A DNA stretch of 64,000 nt, from positions 80,650-144,649 of the forward strand of contig RQSC01000017.1 in assembly GCA_013416795.1 (NCBI GenBank). The letters are read 5' to 3'. The notes under the pieces were generated by a model that ran no database searches, was not told the origin of the DNA, and saw only the letters and a program-made list of their open reading frames with translations. Of the stretch, positions 31,261-42,336 are shown one piece after another (the stretch's first letter is position 1; the number at the start of each line of letters is the position of its first letter). The position numbers were made by a program, and so were the translations under genes. Source of the DNA: Prasinococcaceae sp. CCMP 1430 (taxonomy: Eukaryota > Plantae > Prasinodermophyta).

Positions 31261-32142
31261 TCACTGCTTCACGCCGTAGAACTCGGCGAGGTAGGTGACG
31301 CATTCGGCATTCGTTCTGAAGACCTTGAGTTCCGATATCTCGTCGCGGTTGAGGGCACCGTGCCCCTCGGCATCCTTGATCCACGTCATGACGCCGTCAT
31401 AGTAGCCATCATAGTTCATGAGAATGACGGGCACCTGGTAGTTGGTGCCAAGCTTGCCGAGCTGGCCCAGCACGAGGATCTCCACGGCCTCGTCGAGGGT
31501 GCCGATGCCGCCAGGCAGCGCGATGAAGGCGGTTCTGTCGGAGGCTTTGACGCGCATGCCAGCGTCGGTGAGGCCGATCTTGCGGCTCGCCATGAATTGG
31601 CAGAACACCGTGGTGGCGTGCAGCGGGTTCTTGCCGGGCGGCGCCTTGCCTGGCACATCGGACGCCTCTCGGCTGATGCGGACCGCGCCAACCGGGAAGC
31701 CAGCCTCGCGCGTGCCGTGCGTGACAGCGCCCATCATGCCCTTGCCGCCGCCAGACCACGCGGGCACCTTCAACAGCGTGGCCACCTCCTTGGACAGCGC
31801 CTTGCCCTCCTCGTACAGCTTCGATCCCGGCTGGAAGCGCGCCGACCCGAAGTACACCACACCCCGGCCGACCTCGTTAATCGCCTCGAAGCACCCGCGC
31901 ACTTCGTTCGCGAGCGCTCGGCCTGAAGCAATCATGAGGTCGTCGGCGTTCTTCCGGTGCATGCGGGGCCCACCCTCGTAGTAGCTCTGAAGCGCCAGGT
32001 CATGCGCAGTCTCCTCCACCACTGCGTCGCGCGTCCTCTCGACGGCATCTCGCACGGCATTGCGCACCTCGCGCCGCAGCCACGCCGCGACCGCGCCGAA
32101 GGCGGCGGCGCCGGCGACGACCGCGCCCGCCGCGATCCCCAT
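31261..32142 (-). CDS. LOG / lysine-decarboxylase-like phosphoribohydrolase with N-terminal hydrophobic anchor
   Basis: VVYFGSAR, SGGGKGMMGA, RKIGL, ALPGGIGTLDE and PVILMNYDGYYD. Confidence 0.9.
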   Translation of the reverse strand: MGIAAGAVVAGAAAFGAVAAWLRREVRNAVRDAVERTRDAVVEETAHDLALQSYYEGGPRMHRKNADDLMIASGRALANEVRGCFEAINEVGRGVVYFGSARFQPGSKLYEEGKALSKEVATLLKVPAWSGGGKGMMGAVTHGTREAGFPVGAVRISREASDVPGKAPPGKNPLHATTVFCQFMASRKIGLTDAGMRVKASDRTAFIALPGGIGTLDEAVEILVLGQLGKLGTNYQVPVILMNYDGYYDGVMTWIKDAEGHGALNRDEISELKVFRTNAECVTYLAEFYGVKQ

Positions 32143-32434
32143 GGGCCTGTACGCACCGGCCGGCCGGCGTCGACGCCCCCTTCCCCTTCCCAGTTGCCAC
32201 GCCGCGGCGCCCCCTCCCCGCGCGCCGTGTGGCCCCGCGCCGAGGCCCGAGCCCGCGTCCGAGTCCCACCTCGGCACGCAGTCGAACGACCCCGCTGGTT
32301 TCGCAGTGGCGCGCCACCCCACACTTCGCGGGAATCGAATTGTGTTCGAATTTGGAAGGAAGGAATTGCGAAACGACGGATGGCCGTCCGAATACATAGA
32401 TGCCCGAAAATGCGACGCTCTGGTTTGGGTTAGA

Positions 32435-34297
32435 ATGAATGGGGTTTGGGTTTCTCAATTCGGGTTTATTTTGGAAGGGGGTTTGAGGTCGAGGTGGCCC
32501 CGCGCGCCGCCGCCTCCTCCGCCACACACGCGCGGCTCGCGGCGCCCAAGACAGCAGCGAAGATCGCCAGGCCCTCGCAGCGGCGGTGGGCGCGGCGGCG
32601 GACGGCGGGGCGGCGGGCGCGGCCCCCCGCTGAGCGCGGCAGAGCAGCGCCGGCGTGCGGACCGCAAGGCCGATGCCGAGGCGTCCTTTTTCTGGCAACA
32701 GGTGGAGTTCCGCCGGTCGGCACCCGACGCGGCTCGCAGCTCCCGCGTTGCACACCAGCGACGGGGGCACGAGGCGCGCCTCTTCGGCGAGCGCGGCAGC
32801 GGCGATGGCTCGAGTGCACCCGTTGCGCCCGTCGACGCATACGACGACATCCCGGTCGAGGTGCACGCCGGGTCGCGCGGCGACTACGTGCCACTGCAGG
32901 ACTTTGCAAAGCTGGACGTGGATGAGATGCTCATGGCCAACGTGCGGCGGTGCGGCTACGCGGCGCCCACGCCAGTGCAGCGGCACGCGCTGCCGCTGGC
33001 GCTCAGCGGGGCCGGCGAGCGCGACTTGCTCGCCAGCGCGCAAACTGGCTCCGGCAAGACGGCCGCCTTCATGGTGCCGATGGTGGCGCACGCCATGCGC
33101 CTGCAGCGCGAGGGCGAGCCTGTGCGGTCGCGCGCACCCCCTCCCGGCCCTAGGGACACGCCGGCGGTGCCGCCGTGCCTGGTGGTTGCCCCCACGCGTG
33201 AGCTCGCAATGCAAATCGCGGAGGAGGCCGAACGGCTCGCCTGGGACACCGGCATCCGCGTGGCGTGCGTATACGGCGGTGCGAAGGCGCGACCGCAACT
33301 GGCGTCGCTCGCGCGTGGCGTCGACGTGCTCGTGGCCACGCCTGGCCGCCTTCAGGACTTCTCCGATGCGGGCTTCATCTCGCTGACTGGCGTGCGGCAC
33401 ATCGTGCTCGACGAGGCAGACCGCATGCTGGACATGGGTTTCGAGCCACAGATCAGGCGTCTCGTCGACAGCGCAAGCTCGGGCATGCCCTCGCCCGCCG
33501 ACGGCCGTCAGACATCGCTCTTCAGCGCCACGTTCCCAGACGGCGTGTCACGCCTCGTGCGCGACTACACGCGCGGCGATGCGCTCGCCCGCGTGACCGT
33601 CGGCAGAATCGGCAGCACTGTCGGTGGCATCGAGCAGCGCATCGTGGAGGCGACCAGCGACAAGTGGCACAAGCTTGAAATGCTGCAAGAGGCCATCGCC
33701 GCCGTCGAGGGCCCGACGATCGTCTTCACTGCGCGCAAGCATATGGCTTCATGGTACCGCAAGCAGCTGCTGAAGGGCGGGCGTGGCGAGGGCCGCGGTA
33801 GCCTCAGCGTCGGCGTCGAGGAGATCCACGGCGACCGCACGCAGGGACAGCGCGAGGTAGCCCTTGCCAACTTCAAGTCAGGCAAGTCTGGCGTGCTTAT
33901 TGCCACAGACGTCGCCGCGAGAGGCCTTGACGTTGACGGTGTTGCGCACGTCATCAATGTCGAGCTCCCAACAACCAGCAAGGATATTGACAGCTACACC
34001 CATCGCATTGGGCGCACTGGGCGCCGTGGGCGCAAGGGCGTGGCCACATCGTTCTACGTACCTGGGAACGAGCCCAAACACGGCAACGCCGACATTCACG
34101 CTCCGTTGCTGCAGCTACTCGAGGAGAATGACCAGCAGACGCCATCGTGGTTCCTCGAGCTGCCAGAAGCAAAGAGGGCAGGGCAGAGGAGGGTGGGGCC
34201 GCGCGCTGGCGCTGGCGGCCGCAGGACAGGCCGCGGCGGCGGGCGCGGCAGGCGAGGTGGCCGAGGTGGCGGCGGGGGCCGTGGCCGCGGCCGCTAG
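32435..34297 (+). CDS. DEAD-box RNA helicase, DDX3/Ded1-like; start uncertain
   Basis: Q motif PTPVQ, AQTGSGKT, PTRELA, DEAD, SAT, IHGDRTQ, ARGLD, HRIGRTGR and an RGG tail. Confidence 0.95.
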   Translation: MNGVWVSQFGFILEGGLRSRWPRAPPPPPPHTRGSRRPRQQRRSPGPRSGGGRGGGRRGGGRGPPLSAAEQRRRADRKADAEASFFWQQVEFRRSAPDAARSSRVAHQRRGHEARLFGERGSGDGSSAPVAPVDAYDDIPVEVHAGSRGDYVPLQDFAKLDVDEMLMANVRRCGYAAPTPVQRHALPLALSGAGERDLLASAQTGSGKTAAFMVPMVAHAMRLQREGEPVRSRAPPPGPRDTPAVPPCLVVAPTRELAMQIAEEAERLAWDTGIRVACVYGGAKARPQLASLARGVDVLVATPGRLQDFSDAGFISLTGVRHIVLDEADRMLDMGFEPQIRRLVDSASSGMPSPADGRQTSLFSATFPDGVSRLVRDYTRGDALARVTVGRIGSTVGGIEQRIVEATSDKWHKLEMLQEAIAAVEGPTIVFTARKHMASWYRKQLLKGGRGEGRGSLSVGVEEIHGDRTQGQREVALANFKSGKSGVLIATDVAARGLDVDGVAHVINVELPTTSKDIDSYTHRIGRTGRRGRKGVATSFYVPGNEPKHGNADIHAPLLQLLEENDQQTPSWFLELPEAKRAGQRRVGPRAGAGGRRTGRGGGRGRRGGRGGGGGRGRGR

Positions 34298-34493
34298 CTC
34301 TGTCGTCGCTGGTTCGTGCCCTGCAGCCTTGTCACAGTACGGAGTAGACATTCATATTCATTGAGTAAACATGGCGTACATTCACGTGTACAGCAGCGGC
34401 AGACGCAGCCATGGGCCTTCCGTCTTCCCCTCGACCCACTCGCCTCCCTACAACTATCAATCGAGGCATCAGTCAACGCCCTTGACGCGACCT

Positions 34494-35847
34494 CTAACTA
34501 GATTCCTGAGCCTGGAAGAGCCGGCGTGGGCTCATACTTGCCGGCAGCGTCGCTGCCCAGTCCTGCGTGCGCGTGAGCGAGCTGCTTAATGGATTGGTGT
34601 GCGCGTACGGGCTGCCACAACCAGGACCAGCCCTCGTTCCGGATGAGGATGACGGCGCAACTGCACTGGCGGGAGGCGGGGGCACCGCATGGCTCCCTAC
34701 TGGTGTCGAAGGCCCTGCGAAGAGTGGCTGCGTGTACGCGCGCATGGGCGAGATGGGCATGGCCCCGCCAATGCCCATGCCAGGGTGCACAGATGGGGAG
34801 AAAGCGTGTGCACCGCCAATGCCGTCGTGTAACGCACCAAACGTGGGGCTTGGCACATTCGCGGGTGACACTCTGGCAAGCGACGGTGAACCTGTGTCGT
34901 ACGCGCTGCGGGTGTGTTGTGCCGAGCTTAAGAGAGGTCCGGGCCTAGCCAGCAGCTGTTGCTGGAGCAGGAGCGCAGTTGAGTGTGGTCGCGTGTACTG
35001 CTGCTGCTGCAGCTGTGCCAGCAGCTGCGACTGCACCGGCGGCACAAATGCGAACTGCGGCTGCGCCACCTGCGGCTGCACGAACTGCGGTTGCAGCACG
35101 CCGCTATGTTGTGTCCCACCTGCCAACAGCATCATCCGAGGACCGACCCTACCGCCAGCTCCTATCGCTGGCGTCATCGCCGCGATTACTGCCGCCTCGA
35201 CGGTGCTTTGAATGAATGCCTGCACTTGTGGCGAGAGCCCCACACCATCTGTGGCGTCTCCCGGCGCAATGCCGCGCGGGCAGCGCGCTCCCGCAGGAGG
35301 TGCGCTGGCGTCAAATGCAGCCGCAGTCGCGCCCTCGCCGCTCTTGCTGCGTGCTTTTAGCACGGGCGCTTGCGTCGGTGGCTGCAAAGGCGGCGGCGCA
35401 TTCGGCGGTACTGATGGTGCAGGGGGCGTAGGCGGTGTGGGCAAGGACGGTGCGCTCCTGCCACTTCCTTTTCCAACGCCGTCGCCGCTGAACTTGTCCT
35501 CTAGGCGAGCCTTGAGGTCGGAGACGGTGAAGGCGCGGGGCGACTGGCTGTCGAGATCGTGATGCACGATGTTGAGCTTGGGCTCGGTAGAGACCATATC
35601 ATTCTTCCTGGCGCCGAGGACCCTCAATCGCTTCTGTAATTCGCTCATCAGCCCGGCGCCTCCGTCACCGGTGGGCTTCTTCCCCGGCGTCAGAGATTTG
35701 CTCGGTGACTTGAGCGTGACTCCAGCGAGCGCGCTCTCTAAGCTAGTCGCGGGCTTGTTGGAGATGGGTTTGTCGCTACGCAGTTTTGGTGGTGGCGGTG
35801 GCGGTGGCCGTGGCGGCAGTGACCGTGGCGGCGGTGGTGGTGGTGGC

Positions 35848-35878
<31 letters not shown>

Positions 35879-36245
35879 CACTGCCTGCCCGGGGAGGCGG
35901 CGGTGGAGGCGGCTTTGGTGGCGCCGCGCGTCTCGGAGTTTGCGTTGTATGCGTGCGCAGGGCGTTGTCCATCTGTGTGACCTGTGCCGGGCTTCCAAGC
36001 TCAAGGCGCAGCTCACGCGGTGGCCCACCCCTGGTGGAGGCAATCTGTACGTCAATGCACTCCGAGGGCCCAGGCTTGGAGCGCTTCGCGGCCGACGTCC
36101 AACGCATGAGCCGCTTGTGCTCATATTGGTCGAGGACGCGCTCAGTCTGCGGTTCGAGCAGCTGCATGCCGCGCGCGACCACATCTACAACCACGGCCTT
36201 CTTTTGTCCCGTGGGGCCTATGAGCATTGCCTTGAAGGTCACCAT
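34494..36245 (-). CDS. PH-like domain + polyproline + WH2/GAB- and FAB-like motifs; putative actin regulator
   Basis: N-terminal 100 aa resembles the FREE1/FYVE1 PH-like region. Long Pro runs, then LESALAGVTLKSPSK and GGAGLMSELQKRL. Confidence 0.7.
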
Positions 36246-37041
36246 GGCGTCGGAGCGCGTTCACGGCGCGGTCCGCAGCGCGCAGGCGCCCGCGCGCCCC
36301 GCGGCGCGTGCCCGCTCGCGCCTCAACGACCGCGAGCGGCGCGCGAGGCGTGTGGCGCGCGCTCGCGCGCGCCCCATCGCTGCCCCTGCCCTGCCACCGC
36401 GCCTGACCTGGTGGCCACGCACATTCAGCCCCTCTTTCCCCCACCTTCCCCCCCCCCCCGCTCCCTCCCATGCCGCGTCCTGGGTGGGTGGCCGGGGTGG
36501 CCTGCCGCAGCGCGCGCGCGCGCCCCGCCACCCCCCAGGGGAGGGGCGTTTCACCCCGGGCCATCCGAACGGGGCCGTGCCCCTTCGCTTGCGCCGCGCG
36601 CGCGTCTGTTGAGCGCCATGCACCCTGCCCAAATACAGTATACAGACCCTTTAAATCTATCCCTAACATTCAACCCAAATTGATCGCGCCTGCAGAGGGA
36701 GCGCGGGCCCTCTTCGGAAGCCCCGGAAGTGCGTGTGTATGCGCCCGCCGGCCCGGGGGGGCGTACCTGCGCTCTGATCCAAATTGCCTCGCAGGTGCAC
36801 CGCGGGGCCGCCGCGCCAGTTCGGAACGCGGGTGCTTTTGGGGGGTTTCCAGAAGGGGAGGAGGGCCGGGTCGACGCGCGAGCGCGAGCGGCGCCACAGC
36901 GCGCGCGCGCGCGCGTGCGCGTGTGCGCAGATCCCCGGGGAGCGGGGCGCGCAGGCGCGACCCCTTGGCGCTTGCCTCCCGCCCACCTCCCACCTTGCCG
37001 CCACCTTGAGGCTCGGCCCTCCGAGGGGTCCGCCCGGCGGG

Positions 37042-38183
37042 ATGGAGGGGGGCGACGAGGCGCGGCACGAGGTGCTGCTCCACCTGTATGACCTCTCGAA
37101 CGGCATGGCGCGCACGATGAGCGCGGCGCTGCTCGGCAAGCAGATTGAGGGCATCTGGCACACCGGCGTCGTTGTACACGGCATCGAGTGGTACTTTGGA
37201 GGCGGAGTGCAGCGCAGCGCGCCTGGCCGCACTCCGTACGGCGCCCCCGTGAGGGTGATTCCACTGGGACGCACAGCGATAGATGCCGCCGTGGTGGAGG
37301 ACTTCATGCGAGACATGTCGGGCAAGTACACCGCCGAGACGTGCGTGCGCGCACACTCGCGCGCGCCTCGCGCCCAAATCCGCCTCGCGCGCCAGGCGCG
37401 CGCGCTGACCGCCCGCCCCGCCCGTGCGCACGTGGTCGCAGCTACTCTCTGCTGCGCAACAACTGCAACAACTATAGTGACGAGGTCGCAAGCTTCCTCG
37501 TCGGTCAAGGCATTCCGGAATTCATCACCGGCCTGCCCGCGGACGTGCTTTCGACGCCAATGGGGCAGATGTTCGCCCCCATGATCGAGCAGATGGAGGC
37601 GTCGATGCGCGCCCAAGGCGGTGGGGACGTCGGCCTCGGGCTCAGCAACGGGTTTGGCAACGGCGCATTCGGCGCCGCCGCTGCGCCGGCACCTTCCGCC
37701 ACGACCGCAACCGCCCCAGCAGCAGCGGCTGTGGTGGCCACAGCGCCCCCCGCAGCGCCGGCGCCCACCACAGCCTCGGGGTCTGGTCCTGCCGGAGGCA
37801 GCGACGCGGTGCAGGGCGATGCGCTGCACAAGGGCCAGGCGGTGTGGTACACGGATGGCAGCGGAAGGAAGCACGCCGCCACGATCGCGGGCGTTCACCG
37901 AGACGAGCTGCCGCCGTACTACACGGTGACGGGCGACGGCATCGGAGAGAGGCAGACCGTGCGCGACCGGCTTGCGCCGCGCGATAGCGCGGCGGACGCG
38001 CGCGCGGCGAGGGCCGAAGCGGCTGAGAAGCGCGCCAGGGCGTCGCAGCTGCAGCAGCAGAAAGACCAGAAGGCGGCCATCGAGGCCGAGTTCGCGCGCA
38101 TCATGGCCGGGGGGAAGCACACCGCCAACGAGGCCGCGGTGGAGGCGCTCAAGAGGGTGAAGCGGCGAGCGAAGGGCCAGTAG
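37042..38183 (+). CDS. PPPDE/DeSI-like deSUMOylating/deubiquitinating peptidase, intron 37341-37441
   Basis: LYDLSNGMAR..GKQIEGIWHTGVV (catalytic His) and YSLLRNNCNN (catalytic Cys). Plant-type C-terminal helix IEAEFARIMA..ANEAA. Confidence 0.92.
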
Positions 38184-38323
38184 GGCGAGGGCTGCGCCAG
38201 CCATTGGCGCCCGGCGCGCCGCGTTTGCATTCGCAGTAAAGGCCGAGCTTGAACACTTACGCGGCCGCCTGAAAGGCCATTTCCCAGACGAGCGTCTTGC
38301 CGGCGTGCTCCAGAGCTCGCGCG

Positions 38324-39127
38324 TCACATCGCGGCGGTGCTCTTCCAGTGGTTGTCGTCGACCGTACTGTAGAGCGCGCCATCGTTCATCATGGCGTCGA
38401 TTGCCTCCCTGATCTGTGTGCGGTTGTACTCCTTCAGCTGCGCCGCCACGGAGTCGACGGTGAGGCCGGTGTCGGACTGGTCCGCCTCGAAGAGGGCGGC
38501 CAGCTTCGCCTGGCAGTCGTTGTGGCCGCCGCCACCCCCGAGGTTGCCCCCCACCGGCGCCGCGGCCGCAGGCGCTCCATTCCACGCGCCGTTCGTCACC
38601 GGCTTCACATTCTCCGCGCCGCCGTTGCCATACTGTCCCGCCTCCTTCTTCTGGTACGTGTCCACCATGCACACATTCATGAGGTGGTACGTGACCTCGT
38701 TGAAGTCGGTGACGGGCTTCATCGAGTACGCGGTCATCTCGTTGTTGTTCCACTTGCCGTACGCGGTCGCGTACGTGCCGACCGGCATCATCGCATCGCC
38801 GGCGTCCTCGGAGTTCCAGTGCTTCACGGGGATCTTGCCAGTGCCGTCGTCGAGCACGTACTCGACGGCACTCTGCTTTGCTTCGGCGGACAGCACCTTG
38901 CCGTTCACAGAGATGTTCGTCACCTGCGCGCCTCCGATGACGAGGTCGTCGCCGCCGGCCTGAATGGCGTCGTTGAGCATCTTTGCGGTCACGGGAGTCA
39001 GCGTCTGGTTGCCCTTGCGCTGGCCCTTGCCCGGTGTGTCGCCGTTGCCCTGCGACATCACGAAACCGCCGCCGCCCTGGAACTGTGATGCGCCGCCGCC
39101 CCCGAAGCCGGCATCGCCACCAAACAT
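38324..39127 (-). CDS. RPA2: Replication protein A 32 kDa subunit
   Basis: Gly-rich N-terminus, OB fold (LTPVTAKML..YVLDDGTGKI..PVTDFNEVTYH), winged-helix C-terminus (GALYSTVDDNHWK). Confidence 0.93.
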   Translation of the reverse strand: MFGGDAGFGGGGASQFQGGGGFVMSQGNGDTPGKGQRKGNQTLTPVTAKMLNDAIQAGGDDLVIGGAQVTNISVNGKVLSAEAKQSAVEYVLDDGTGKIPVKHWNSEDAGDAMMPVGTYATAYGKWNNNEMTAYSMKPVTDFNEVTYHLMNVCMVDTYQKKEAGQYGNGGAENVKPVTNGAWNGAPAAAAPVGGNLGGGGGHNDCQAKLAALFEADQSDTGLTVDSVAAQLKEYNRTQIREAIDAMMNDGALYSTVDDNHWKSTAAM

Positions 39128-39377
39128 GGCGCGACTGTCGCGCCGGCGGGCGGTGCCGGCGGAGGTGGCGTCGAGCGAGGTCACGTGCGGGGTCAGCCAG
39201 TGCCATGTGGCGCACACTCCGCGGCGCAGCGGCGGCGGCAGCGGCAACCAGCAGCGAGCGCAGGCCGATCGCTTTCGAACACGCCGTGCGCTTTCAAAAA
39301 AAACGCGCCCCGATCGCGCGGGGCGCGTCGGCGCGCGTCGGCGCGCGTTGGCGCGCGGCGCGCTCCGCTGGCCCTCA

Positions 39378-39723
39378 CCTTCCTGGGCTCGAAGTTGCGC
39401 GTCGCGCCGTGCTCGACGGTGTAGTCGCTGTTCTTCGGGTCGGTCTTGATGGTGAGCTCCGCCGCGCACGCGGGGCAGCGGAAGTAGAAGCGGAAGATGC
39501 GTATGCCGAGGTAGTCTTCGCCCTTGACCGTCTCCTTGCGCGCGTTGAACTTGGTCCCCTTGTAGATGTACCCGCCGCACGTCTTGCAGCACACGGTGAT
39601 GGGCAACATCATGCGCGACTTGATGGCCTCGTCGCGCTTGCGCTTGTCCTTGCGCGGCCGCGTTATCTGCGACGGGTCGAAGTCGGGCGGGATGTACTTG
39701 TTGATCACCTTGCGGTCGCCCAT
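39378..39723 (-). CDS. YJU2: Splicing factor YJU2/CCDC94, N-terminal domain only; downstream exons not found
   Basis: [72 protein letters not shown], then donor-like GTGAGG. Confidence 0.85.
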
Positions 39724-39887
39724 GGCGCCCGCGCCCGGCTCGCCCCCCCCGCCCGCCCGCCCTCCCGCCGAGGCGGGCGACCGCGCGCCGCCCGCAGCAT
39801 CGGCTGGCGCCGCTGCGACGGGGCCGGCTGCGGGCCACTGGCGCAGGCGCGGGCGCCCGGGGAAGGTAGAGCCCTTTCCCCCCCGTC

Positions 39888-41243
39888 ATGTCCGTCGCCG
39901 CCCCGACGAGCCACATCGCCTCGGCGTCTGCGGCGAAATACGGATATGAGTTCGTCTCGACGAAGCTTGGCGAGCGCTTCGAGAGCTTCGCGCAACGCCT
40001 GGACGCGCTGCAAGTGTCCTCGGGGGAGACTTGCGCGCGCCGCCTCGCCACGCTCGCGCACGAGGCCGTGCACACCCTCGGCGGCGGGACACCGCCTGAG
40101 TTTGAAGCGCTGGTACCATGCACCAGTGATGTGCCGCGTAGCACTGCCGAGGGCTCGCTCGAGACCGGCCACACGGACACGATGCGCGTGCAGCAAGCCT
40201 TGCAGGAGGCACAACAGCAGATGAAGCACACGCTGAACATGCATGCGAAACAACGAGCCGCCCGCCAGCCGGAGCTGGATGCGGCGACAGCCTCACCCGT
40301 GTCGTCGACATCCGGCGCGGAACTCGTCGATTCCCTCTTCATGCAGCAGCAGCACACAAACGGGGCACCTCGCGGCCACCAGGTGCAGATCGACCACACG
40401 CCTTCGCTCGTGCAGGAAGAACAATCAACAGTATCTTCGCAGCAGGGCGCGACCGCCACCGCTGCTGCGCGAACCTCCTCACCCGTGTTCGTCGGCTCGA
40501 GCAACTCGGCAGCCTTGCCAGGAGAGGGAGCTTCTGCGCTTTACAGTCGCCTGGAGCGCGCCGCTGTGGAGCGCGGGAAGCTGGAGAGCTCGCTGGCGGC
40601 AGCAGAGGAGCGCGCTTCCGCTGCAGAGCGCCGCGCGCGCGCGGCGGAGGCGACTGCCAGCGCCACACACAAATCGCTCGGGTCACTGGCGTCAGAACTC
40701 GCCGACTGCAGGTCACAGCTCGAGCATCTGGCGTCCGAAGAGCGCGGTAGCATAGGCGTGCCCACCGCTTGGCCCGACGACGTGTCCGAGCTACGGCGCC
40801 GGCTGACCGAGGTCACGCGCGCCGCCAACGAAGCGGTTGCAGAGCGCAGCGAGCTGCAGGCGCGCGTGGGTGAGCTCGAGCGCGAGCCGCGCGCGCACTC
40901 AGCCAGAACATCCATTGTGCTCCAGACCCGGCATGACGAGCTTGCGAGCGAATACGAGGCGCTCCAGGCAGACTTCGCTGCGTTGTTTGCGCGTGCGGCG
41001 CGCGACCGCGATGCGCTGCGCTCGTTGCGCGCGGCGAACCGCGTCCTGGTTGAGCTCAAAGATGTGGGCGAGCGCCCCGCGCGGGACAGGGCGGCGCTTC
41101 GCAGCACCCACGCGCGCGTGGATAGGCACGCAGATGTGATGCACCGCAGGGCCGTGGAACTCGAGGCGGAGAACAGGGCCTGCCGGCGATTACTCTCGCC
41201 GCCGCTGTCACACCGCCGCAAGCGCACACCGCGCGCGTACTAG
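39888..41243 (+). CDS. Uncharacterised coiled-coil protein
   Basis: 451-aa ATG-to-stop ORF with extended heptad-rich helices. No family recognised. Confidence 0.65.
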   Translation: MSVAAPTSHIASASAAKYGYEFVSTKLGERFESFAQRLDALQVSSGETCARRLATLAHEAVHTLGGGTPPEFEALVPCTSDVPRSTAEGSLETGHTDTMRVQQALQEAQQQMKHTLNMHAKQRAARQPELDAATASPVSSTSGAELVDSLFMQQQHTNGAPRGHQVQIDHTPSLVQEEQSTVSSQQGATATAAARTSSPVFVGSSNSAALPGEGASALYSRLERAAVERGKLESSLAAAEERASAAERRARAAEATASATHKSLGSLASELADCRSQLEHLASEERGSIGVPTAWPDDVSELRRRLTEVTRAANEAVAERSELQARVGELEREPRAHSARTSIVLQTRHDELASEYEALQADFAALFARAARDRDALRSLRAANRVLVELKDVGERPARDRAALRSTHARVDRHADVMHRRAVELEAENRACRRLLSPPLSHRRKRTPRAY

Positions 41244-41368
41244 GCGTACTCCGTGCCGTACAAGTAATGGCCTCGCCGGTCGCGCGCACAGCACCCTCGG
41301 GCTGTTCGCGGCATCGCTTGCAAGTCTTGTACCACCTTGGCATCCGCGCAGCAGCAAAGCAACGCGCA

Positions 41369-41755
41369 TCACGCGGCGGCCATCCCCTCGTCTATGCCAT
41401 GCTCCTTCTCGAGCAGCCTAATTTCAGCCTCGGTGCGCTGGATGCAGGCCTCGAGCTCGCCAATGTCGCCATCTACGAGCGCTTGCATGCACTCCTCAAA
41501 GACTGCCTCCGCCTCAGCCTCCTCGGCGACCTTGTGCCAGTCTCCCTTGCGTTCGCGAGCGTCGGGCTCTGACGAGCCCTCTTCTGGGCCCTCTTCAGGC
41601 GCCGACGCGCGCAGCGGAGGCGCCCGCACGCGGCTCGCCACCGCGATGCCTCCTCGCCGTGCGGACTCAACGTGGCGCGCACCCGCGCGCCTGGGCGCTC
41701 GCGCGCCACGGAGCGCTACGGGCACGCGCGCGCACAGGGTCACTCCTGCGACCAT
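41369..41755 (-). CDS. Small uncharacterised protein with probable plastid transit peptide
   Basis: R/A-rich leader, then acidic helical domain DWHKVAEEAEAEAVFEECMQALVDGDIGELEACI. Confidence 0.55.
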   Translation of the reverse strand: MVAGVTLCARVPVALRGARAPRRAGARHVESARRGGIAVASRVRAPPLRASAPEEGPEEGSSEPDARERKGDWHKVAEEAEAEAVFEECMQALVDGDIGELEACIQRTEAEIRLLEKEHGIDEGMAAA

Positions 41756-42336
41756 GGCGGCAAGTAGGCGGGCAGTCGCCGCTCGCACCTCCGCAATTCG
41801 CGGCGGCGCACGCCGCAGACGGCGCTGCCCACAGCGGCGGTCGCGAAAGCGTGCGCCGTGCGCGCTCGCCGGGTGGATGGGCGGAAGAAAGGCTGGGTGG
41901 CGCTCGGTGTGCGCTGTGGCGCGCCTCTCGAGCCCTCTCGCCACGCGCACGACGCCCGTGCCGCCCCCGCCCCCCACCACCCTCCCTTCCCCCCCACCCC
42001 CCCACCACCCCCACCCACACACTCTTCCCCGTCGCCAGCCTTATCCGATCGCACCCGCTCGCAGCGCCTGCCTTTCCCGCCGCGGGCGCACCACCACAAA
42101 AAAAACACACACAGGTCAGCGCGCGCGCTGACGTGGCGCGCCGCCCGCACAACGGCCGGCCGGCCGCTGGTGTCGCCGCGAGGTGCGCGCGCCAGATATT
42201 TCAGGGGGAGAGCCGGCCTCGCCTCGGTCAGTCGGACACGCGGGCGTGCTTCGACGATCGATCCACGCGCCAGCCAGGCCTGCCTGGCCAGCTGCCTGCT
42301 GCTGCTGCTGCTGCGGCTACACCACCCAACGAACGG

